A stretch of DNA of 64,000 bases from positions 9,894 to 73,893 of the forward strand of contig JBJTOK010000079.1 in NCBI GenBank assembly GCA_046074525.1, given 5' to 3'. Origin of the DNA: Flavobacteriales bacterium (lineage in GTDB: Bacteria; Bacteroidota; Bacteroidia; Flavobacteriales_C; GCA-002722245). The notes beneath the pieces were generated by a model. The model saw only the letters and a list, made by a program, of their open reading frames with translations, had not been told where the DNA came from and searched no databases. Numbering within the stretch: position 1 is the first letter of the stretch; every line of letters begins with the position of its first letter. Shown here piece by piece: positions 57,417 to 64,000 of this stretch. The position numbers and the translations under genes were made by a program.

Positions 57417-57605
57417 AATTACGGTTTCTTACTTTTCTAATTTGAGTTTAAATATTTTGTTGATTATCCATATAGGTACCCAAACAGGCCAGTATGCAAC
57501 GCCTATTCCAATAGGTCCTTGATGTCTAAGGCTAAGTAAGAATTTAAGTGCTTGTCTGTTTTTTTTCATTGCACGGTATTATAAAAAAAAGGCGAATATT
57601 ACTTC

Positions 57606-57797
57606 AGTCATGGTCGGAAGATCTTTTTAATTGACTATTTTATCTTGATGCCACAATGGTAAACCTGATTTACCTTACCGTTTTTGAGGTAGCCGCAATG
57701 CTTGCGGCTGAAGTGTAGTCTTGAAATCCATTTCATGGCCGCAAGCATTGCGGCTCAACCTCAAAAAAAATGGTCGGAATTTCTTCCGACCATGACT
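57606..57797. mobile_element. MITE-like non-autonomous element (192 bp). It has perfect 15-18-bp terminal inverted repeats (agtcatggtcggaag ... cttccgaccatgact) flanked by a direct duplication (gaatattacttc, 57594-57605 and 57798-57809). It is inserted in the loop of the lpdA terminator.
   Basis: The TIRs and flanking duplication are read directly. Removing the element plus one duplication copy restores A8-ggcgaa-tattac-ttcgcc-T4, a canonical terminator hairpin. The element carries an internal 22-bp-stem hairpin (gaggtagccgcaatgcttgcggc / gccgcaagcattgcggctcaacctc). Confidence 0.6.
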
Positions 57798-57837
57798 GAA
57801 TATTACTTCGCCCTTTTAAGTTATTTGAGAAGTTGTC

Positions 57838-59226
57838 TTACAAATGTATCACTTCCCCATACGCAGCAGCTGTAGCTTCCATAATAGCTTCGCTCATGGT
57901 TGGGTGAGGGTGAACTGCTTTGAGGATTTCGTGACCTGTAGTTTCGAGTTTCTTCGCTACTACAATTTCAGCGATCATTTCGGTAACGTTGAGGCCTATC
58001 ATGTGGGCACCCAGCAGTTCGCCGTACTTAGCATCGTAAATCACTTTGATGAACCCGTCTTTCGCACCGGCTGCAGAAGCTTTACCAGAAGCGCTGAAAG
58101 GGAATTTACCTACTTTAATTTCATGTCCTGCTTCCTTCGCTTTTTTCTCTGTCATACCTACAGAAGCAATTTCCGGTGAGCAGTAAGTACAACCTGGGAT
58201 GTTTGAGTAATCCAATGGTTCAGGGTGGTGACCAGCGATTTTTTCTACGCAGATGATTCCTTCTGCAGAAGCAACGTGTGCCAGGGCGGCAGTTGGGATT
58301 ACATCGCCTATAGCGTAGTAACCTGGGATGTTGGTTTGGTAGTAGTCGTCAACTTTGATTCTTCCTTTGTCGGTTACGATACCTACATCTTCTAATCCAA
58401 TATTTTGGATGTTAGCCTCAATACCTACAGCAGAAAGAACGATTTCAGCGTCGAGCGCTTTCTCGCCGTCTTTCGCTTTGATAGTTACTTTACAGTCTTT
58501 TCCGGTAGTGTCCACCTTCTCAACAGAAGCGTTGGTCAGTACTTCAATCCCTTGTTTCTTGAATGATTTTTCGAGTGCCTGGGAAACATCAGTATCTTCA
58601 ACAGGAACGATGTTCGGCAAATATTCCACTACAGTTACCTTAGTCCCCATAGCGTTGTAAAAATAGGCAAATTCAACACCGATAGCTCCTGATCCTACGA
58701 TCACCATTGATTTTGGTGCTTTAGGCAAAACGAGGGCTTCACGGTAGCCAATGATTTTTTTGCCATCCTGCGGCAGGTTTGGCAGCTGACGGGAGCGGGC
58801 TCCTGTAGCGATGATAATACTTTTAGCGCTTACCTCAGATTTCTTTCCGTCGGCAGCGGTTACTTCAACTACTTTTCCTGCTTTTACCTTAGCAGTTCCG
58901 GCAATGACCTCAATCTTGTTTTTCTTCATCAGGAACTGGATGCCTTTGCTCATGCCATCGGCAACATCGCGACTTCTTTTTACAACCTTGCTGAAATCAG
59001 CTTCGGCACTTTTTACAGTAATACCATAATCAGCAGCGTGGTTAATATATTCAAAAACGTTGGCGCTCTTTAATAAAGCTTTGGTTGGAATACAACCCCA
59101 GTTGAGGCAGATTCCGCCCAGCTCAGAACGTTCAACGATAGCAGTTTTTAAACCCAGTTGGGAAGCGCGGATAGCAGCAACATATCCACCAGGGCCGCTT
59201 CCTATTACGATAAGATCAAAATTCAT
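57838..59226 (-). CDS. lpdA: Dihydrolipoyl dehydrogenase (E3 component).
   Basis: The FAD motif is VIGSGPGGYVAAIRA, the redox disulfide motif is GGICLNWGCIPTK, and the C-terminal HPTMSE interface motif is present. The length is 462 aa. Confidence 0.9.
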   Translation of the reverse strand: MNFDLIVIGSGPGGYVAAIRASQLGLKTAIVERSELGGICLNWGCIPTKALLKSANVFEYINHAADYGITVKSAEADFSKVVKRSRDVADGMSKGIQFLMKKNKIEVIAGTAKVKAGKVVEVTAADGKKSEVSAKSIIIATGARSRQLPNLPQDGKKIIGYREALVLPKAPKSMVIVGSGAIGVEFAYFYNAMGTKVTVVEYLPNIVPVEDTDVSQALEKSFKKQGIEVLTNASVEKVDTTGKDCKVTIKAKDGEKALDAEIVLSAVGIEANIQNIGLEDVGIVTDKGRIKVDDYYQTNIPGYYAIGDVIPTAALAHVASAEGIICVEKIAGHHPEPLDYSNIPGCTYCSPEIASVGMTEKKAKEAGHEIKVGKFPFSASGKASAAGAKDGFIKVIYDAKYGELLGAHMIGLNVTEMIAEIVVAKKLETTGHEILKAVHPHPTMSEAIMEATAAAYGEVIHL

Positions 59227-59265
59227 TGAGGTATAATTTGAATGTTATGCGGCGAAGATAAGAAA

Positions 59266-61038
59266 TTAGTGGGGAATGACGGCATAGGGTCCTTTGAAAA
59301 AATCCAGATGCGTGTACTTGTCATAGTAGACACATTCCTGCTTCTGGCAAATGTCGCTCCATTTGTACTTTTTCTTGAAAAAGCGCACTTCATAATTAAT
59401 GCCTTTAGCCAGGTCAGAAGCGGGGAAAAGCGTATTGACCTGGACGTAAATCACGTTGGCATATTCATACTGCTTATTGATGCAGAATTCTACAAAGGTT
59501 TCATACCATTGCTCAAAATCATTCGGATGCCTTCTTAGATAATCAAAGCAAATAGCGGTGTCCATTTTGTTTCCATCCTGCATGTACCAGAAAAGTGTTT
59601 TGAAATATTCAGTGTTGGCAGTGTCTTCTATGTAAGCTGATTTGATGTAATGTAAGGCGCTGTCGGATAGTAGTTTATTCTCGTAAATAACCGAGTGCCA
59701 GTCGCCGTACAAATTTCCTATTGCATATAAGGTTTTGGCGTGATCGTATTGTGGGTTATTGAGATGAGATTTAAAATGCTCTACGCCGGCAGCGGCAATG
59801 GGGCCAATTTTCTTAAAAGGGATATCGCTGTCCCGACAACCGGATATGTAAGAATGCCAATATTTGGAATCATTGGAATCCAGTCTGAGCGCTTCTTTCA
59901 GATAAGTAGTTCTTTCCGCTCTCCTGCTACTGTATTCAATAACTTCTGCTTTCCATAAGTGATATTTAGGATTTCCTGGCTTTAGTAAGGAGGCCTTATT
60001 CACACAGTCGAAAGCTTTGTTGAACAGCATTTCTTTTTCTTCTTTGCCTTTGCCATTATCCCATTCGACTTTGTTTCCTTTATAGTAGTAACATAAACCC
60101 ATCCAGTAATAGGACCAGTCACTTTTAGGATTGCCTTTTATCGCCACCTGATAATACTTTATCGCAGTGTCGTAGTCGTCGATATCATAATAACAATTTG
60201 CCACTTCTTCGTTTAAGCGGCCATTATCATAATCTGTTTTCATCAGATTCAAAAACACTTTAATGGCCTGGTCGTACTGTTTTAAATATTTGTAGCACAA
60301 ACCAATATTGAAAAACGCAGCTTTGTCTTTGCCCACTGCATACGATTTGCGATAATATTCCATGGCTTTATCATATTTTTCCTGATCGAAATAAACACCT
60401 GCAATCCCAAAATTTCCGCTGGCTTCATCCACTTTCAAGAAATCGGCGTAAACCACCATAGCCTTGTTGAATTCATTGTTGTCGCGATAGTAAGTCCCTA
60501 CTGTCCTGTAGCATTTTTCAAAAAAAGGATTTTCTTTTTTCACCAGGTCGAAGTAGTGTTGAATGTTTTTTTCATTCTTCTCTTCCACGGCGATGATGAG
60601 CATGAACTGCAGGGCATCGGTGAAATGAGGGTCGTTTTTTAAAACCAAATCGAGGTATTGATGCGCCTTTTCAAATTCTTTGCTTTCATGAGCCTTATAA
60701 GCTTTTGAATAATAGTAAATAGTAGAATCGTACAGTGTTTTGTTCAGGGCTAAAAATTTATTCGCTTTTTTAAGATGTTTTTTATCGCAGGGTTGATTTA
60801 CAATGCGGATGAACAAACGGCTACTCTCGCATAACTTATTGTTTTTATCATAGAGAATAGCTGCATAATAATTTTCTTCACCTGTAGCATTCTCAAACAA
60901 GTTGTTTTTCTGGCAATAACGTAAGCCTTCAATATAATTTTTCTTTTTAATGAAAAATTTCAGGGTGTCGCTGTGATTTTGCGCCAATCCTGCAAAATAC
61001 AGCATGCTCAGTAATAATAGAAGCAGATAATTTTTCAA
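59266..61038 (-). CDS. Tetratricopeptide-repeat protein with a signal peptide (unknown function).
   Basis: It has multiple TPR-like 34-aa repeats (..AIKYYQVAIKGNPKSDWSYYWMGLCYY..) and the N-terminal signal MKNYLLLLLLSMLYFAGLAQ. Confidence 0.65.
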   Translation of the reverse strand: MKNYLLLLLLSMLYFAGLAQNHSDTLKFFIKKKNYIEGLRYCQKNNLFENATGEENYYAAILYDKNNKLCESSRLFIRIVNQPCDKKHLKKANKFLALNKTLYDSTIYYYSKAYKAHESKEFEKAHQYLDLVLKNDPHFTDALQFMLIIAVEEKNEKNIQHYFDLVKKENPFFEKCYRTVGTYYRDNNEFNKAMVVYADFLKVDEASGNFGIAGVYFDQEKYDKAMEYYRKSYAVGKDKAAFFNIGLCYKYLKQYDQAIKVFLNLMKTDYDNGRLNEEVANCYYDIDDYDTAIKYYQVAIKGNPKSDWSYYWMGLCYYYKGNKVEWDNGKGKEEKEMLFNKAFDCVNKASLLKPGNPKYHLWKAEVIEYSSRRAERTTYLKEALRLDSNDSKYWHSYISGCRDSDIPFKKIGPIAAAGVEHFKSHLNNPQYDHAKTLYAIGNLYGDWHSVIYENKLLSDSALHYIKSAYIEDTANTEYFKTLFWYMQDGNKMDTAICFDYLRRHPNDFEQWYETFVEFCINKQYEYANVIYVQVNTLFPASDLAKGINYEVRFFKKKYKWSDICQKQECVYYDKYTHLDFFKGPYAVIPH

Positions 61039-61090
61039 GAGTGTTCTTTTATTTAGTTGCTCCGAAGATAAAAAGATTTACTTTGGTGAT

Positions 61091-62821
61091 ATGAAAAATC
61101 AGGAAAACAAAGTTTTTTATACGATAGGTGCAGCCAATCCGGGTTCGCATTTTGTTGAAGTGGAAATGAAAGTAAAAAACATGGAAGGAAGATCTACCAT
61201 GCAATTTTACCTTCCGGTATGGCGTCCGGGCCGCTATGAGTTGGCCGATTATGCCAAAAACATCCAGAAAATAAAGTTCTTTACCGCTAAGGGTGCCGAA
61301 CTGAAATTTGAAAAAAGCAGCAAAAGCTGCTGGGAGGTGGAAGCCAGCGGTGCCGAAGAAATAGTGGTGAAGTACACGTATTACGCCAATCAGTTGGATG
61401 CAGGTGCTTCTTTCAGTAATGAAGATCAGTTGTATGTCAATCCTTCCAACTGCTTTTTATATACGCAGGAACATTTTTACAATGCTATAGAATTAACACT
61501 CGATATTCCTGTTGCTTATACCGTTGCAACAGGTTTGCAAAAGCTGAAGAAAAATGTTTTTGCAGCGAAGAATTTTGATGAGCTGGCTGACAGTCCTTTC
61601 ATAGCTTCCAAAAATCTGCAAAGCAAAAATTATACAGTCAAAGACACCAATTATATCATTTGGTTCAATGGCGAATGCAAACCCGATTGGGACAAGGTGC
61701 TGAGCGATTTCAAGGCTTTCACCGCCGAGCAGGTAAAAGTTTTTGGCAACTGTCCGGTAGAAGAGTATCATTTCCTTTTCCAGATTTTGCCAGTCGGATT
61801 TTACCATGGAGTGGAGCATTGCAATTCCACTGTGATCGCTCTCGGTCCCGGCTGTAATCTGATGAAAGGAAAATCTTACGAAAACTTTTTAGGTATTTCT
61901 TCTCATGAACTTTTTCATACCTGGAACATCAAATCCATTCGTCCGGAGGAGATGTTTCCTTATGACTTCGGTAAAGAAAATTATTCGCGATTGGGTTATG
62001 TTGCCGAAGGGGTGACTACTTATTACGGCGACCTCATGCTGGCGCGTTCGGGCGTAATTTCGGAGCAGCAGTATTTCGGTTTGCTCAATGAAACTTTCGA
62101 TAAGCATTTTTACAATTACGGCCGCGAAAACCAATCGGTGGCAGAGGCTTCTTTTGATACCTGGCTGGATGGATACAGTAAAGGAATTCCAAATCGTAAA
62201 ACATCCATTTATACCGAAGGATCGCTCAATGCGATGATTTTCGATTTGCATATTCGTAAACTATCGGGAGGCAAAAAGAGTTTGGATTCAGTGATGAAAA
62301 AACTCTATCTCGATTTTGCTTTGGAGCACCAGGGCTATAGTGAAGAGGATTATAAAAAACTCGTGAATGAAGCGGCCGGAAAGGATTTGTCGGCTTTGTT
62401 CGATAAATATGTTTATGGCACCGAAGATTATTTTTCTAAAATTAATGAATCGCTGAAATATGTGGGTTGCCAGCTGAAGCACACTGAAAACACACAATAT
62501 GCGGCTTCTTATTTTGGGATGCGCTTGGAAGGTGATGGCAAAGTTGCTGATGTTGCGCCTGCTTCTCCTGCCGATTTAGCGGGCATTTGCAGAGGTGATG
62601 AAGTGGTGGGGGTGAATGGTTTGGGGATTGAAAAAAACAAGGCTGCTGATTGGATTGAATATTTCCAGGATGAAATAAAAGTGACTTTCAAAAAGGATCA
62701 CCGTTTGGTGGATGTCTTGCTGAAAACCACAAACGACAGGTATTTTAGTACAGCACGTATCGAGAAATTGAAAACACTTTCAAAGGAGCAAGAGGAATTT
62801 TTCAAAAACTGGTTGGGATAA
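61091..62821 (+). CDS. M61 family (glycyl aminopeptidase-like) metallopeptidase with a C-terminal PDZ domain.
   Basis: The HExxH motif is HELFHTW, and the PDZ-like motif is GDEVVGVNG. The length is 576 aa. Confidence 0.75.
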   Translation: MKNQENKVFYTIGAANPGSHFVEVEMKVKNMEGRSTMQFYLPVWRPGRYELADYAKNIQKIKFFTAKGAELKFEKSSKSCWEVEASGAEEIVVKYTYYANQLDAGASFSNEDQLYVNPSNCFLYTQEHFYNAIELTLDIPVAYTVATGLQKLKKNVFAAKNFDELADSPFIASKNLQSKNYTVKDTNYIIWFNGECKPDWDKVLSDFKAFTAEQVKVFGNCPVEEYHFLFQILPVGFYHGVEHCNSTVIALGPGCNLMKGKSYENFLGISSHELFHTWNIKSIRPEEMFPYDFGKENYSRLGYVAEGVTTYYGDLMLARSGVISEQQYFGLLNETFDKHFYNYGRENQSVAEASFDTWLDGYSKGIPNRKTSIYTEGSLNAMIFDLHIRKLSGGKKSLDSVMKKLYLDFALEHQGYSEEDYKKLVNEAAGKDLSALFDKYVYGTEDYFSKINESLKYVGCQLKHTENTQYAASYFGMRLEGDGKVADVAPASPADLAGICRGDEVVGVNGLGIEKNKAADWIEYFQDEIKVTFKKDHRLVDVLLKTTNDRYFSTARIEKLKTLSKEQEEFFKNWLG

Positions 62822-62833
62822 TCATTGGAGGTG

Positions 62834-62920
62834 ATAGGTCCTTCCTTCGCCGGGATGACATTCCCAATTCATTTGTTAATGTTTTCCCGCGGATGTCATC
62901 CCGGCGAAGGAAGGGCCTAT
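62834..62920. repeat. Long hairpin (28-bp stem with 1 mismatch: ataggtccttccttcgccgggatgacat / atgtcatcccggcgaaggaagggcctat, loop about 31 nt) between the convergent M61 peptidase and acyltransferase genes. It is a bidirectional terminator or a REP-like element.
   Basis: It is read directly and overlaps the acyltransferase stop codon. Confidence 0.5.
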
Positions 62921-63984
62921 CGCCATTGACGTAACAATAATTTCCTGCACTTTTTTTCAATAAAAATATAGCTCGCCGCTGAGCATATAAGTAATACAGC
63001 GAGATAAAGAAAAAATAAATTTCCATTTACATTTTCAGTTTGAAGTATTTCGCAAAACCATAAATACACGGGGAATTGCAGCAGATACATACTGTAGCTT
63101 ATTTCCCCCAAAAACACCAATTCCTTTCTTCCCAGAATTTTTGCGATGAAGGATTTGTCCACAGCCAATGCAAAAGCAACAATAAAAAATAGTGGAGCGA
63201 AAAGTCCGTTGTGTCCTTTCGAATGAATTGGATTATCTCCGGAAAGAATGAAAATCAACAAAGCTGAAGCAGCAATAAAAACCAAGACAGGAACAATTTC
63301 CGATGAAACTTTGTCTTTGTATTTTTTGATCGTCCATCCGCACAGCATCCCCAGAACAAAAGTGTTCAGGTGCCATAAGGGAAAGTACAAAAGGAAGTCG
63401 CCTGCTTCGTTGGTGTTGTTATCTCTCAGTAAATCCGCCAGAAAGAAATCGTTGATCGTACTCGCGATCCACAGCGTAATAGCGCAAAAAGCAAAATATT
63501 TAAAGTGCAATTTCCTCGCTGCCAAAAACAAAAAGGGGAAGAGTAAATAGAAAAATATTTCCACGGAGAGCGACCACGAAGGATAATTGATTTCCAAACA
63601 AATTCCCGGTACCCATGCGTGCAAACCAAACATTTGTAATAGTATGCTACTCGCTTTAGGTACAGCATTTTTAAGTAGCATGGCCGATATCAATGTGAGT
63701 ACAAACGCAAAAAAGTACAGCGGATAAATTCTTGCGAAACGGCGCAGAAAAAAATTCTGCGCTGAAAATTTTTCTATCGAAGGATTACTGTAATACAGCA
63801 CCAATCCTGAGAGGAAGAAAAAGCAACTTACGGCAATGGCGCCTTCTGAAATCAGGGGGCTGAGCCATTCGGTGTTGAAAGGAAAAGTGTGTTGTCCGCA
63901 ATGAAAAATCACTATCAGCAGCGCCAGGAAAAAGCGCAGAGTAGTGAGTTGAGGAAGATATATGTCAGTCTTCAATCCATTCAT
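62917..63984 (-). CDS. Acyltransferase family 3 (OafA/YrhL-like) integral membrane O-acyltransferase.
   Basis: The N-terminus is LPQLTTLRFFLALLIVIFH, with about 10 TM helices. The length is 355 aa. Confidence 0.7.
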   Translation of the reverse strand: MNGLKTDIYLPQLTTLRFFLALLIVIFHCGQHTFPFNTEWLSPLISEGAIAVSCFFFLSGLVLYYSNPSIEKFSAQNFFLRRFARIYPLYFFAFVLTLISAMLLKNAVPKASSILLQMFGLHAWVPGICLEINYPSWSLSVEIFFYLLFPFLFLAARKLHFKYFAFCAITLWIASTINDFFLADLLRDNNTNEAGDFLLYFPLWHLNTFVLGMLCGWTIKKYKDKVSSEIVPVLVFIAASALLIFILSGDNPIHSKGHNGLFAPLFFIVAFALAVDKSFIAKILGRKELVFLGEISYSMYLLQFPVYLWFCEILQTENVNGNLFFLYLAVLLICSAASYIFIEKKCRKLLLRQWR

Positions 63985-64000
63985 TTGACCGTACGATTTC

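Overview
This window looks like a Bacteroidota chromosomal segment (Chitinophagaceae/Sphingobacteriia-like). The evidence is T9SS C-terminal sorting domains, a short RpoD of about 289 aa, no Shine-Dalgarno reliance, and TAnnTTTG-like -7 promoter motifs. The window splits into four parts.

(1) 1-14.5 kb is a beta-glucan (laminarin-type) degradation neighbourhood with no SusC/SusD pair. A minus-strand operon encodes a small secreted protein, a GH16 laminarinase, two large uncharacterised outer-membrane beta-barrel candidates, a surface lipoprotein and a GH3 enzyme. Nearby are a divergent paralog of the small protein, an aldo/keto reductase, a multidomain T9SS-secreted GH16 and a GH2.

(2) 14.8-29.5 kb holds two tandem giant T9SS cargo paralogs of about 1700 aa. 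Each has a glucose/sorbosone-dehydrogenase-like beta-propeller, an Ig domain and 4-5 discoidin (F5/8 type C) plus Ig repeats. The second paralog is broken mid-repeat at about 25220 and joined out of frame to a 5'-truncated composite enzyme. That enzyme has a GH55-like beta-helix, a discoidin domain, a GH43 domain, two CBM6 domains and a T9SS CTD. A membrane TPR/HTH regulator follows.

(3) 31-46 kb is housekeeping: rpe, rpoD, saccharopine dehydrogenase, a T9SS type-B protein, trmN6, rimM, a sodium:solute symporter, a SPOR protein, an OMP, a LOG-family protein, uvrA and a lytic transglycosylase.

(4) 46.7-55 kb is an exopolysaccharide/capsule locus (WecA-like, rfbC, a Wzc BY-kinase with a (GY)12 tail, Wza, a GT4 glycosyltransferase, asnB). 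It is followed by fabF, a thioesterase, a TetR regulator, lpdA, a TPR protein, an M61 peptidase and an acyltransferase.

Non-coding highlights:
- A MITE-like element with perfect TIRs and a target duplication sits inside the lpdA terminator.
- An IR-bounded structured element lies next to it.
- A repeat array overlaps the fabF stop.
- A two-copy nested-hairpin repeat family occupies intergenic spacers at 10.1 and 14.5 kb.
- There is an orphan plus-strand terminator, and a 28-bp-stem hairpin at 62.8 kb.

No rRNA, tRNA or CRISPR was seen. Family assignments come from recognisable motifs read by eye; no database search was possible.
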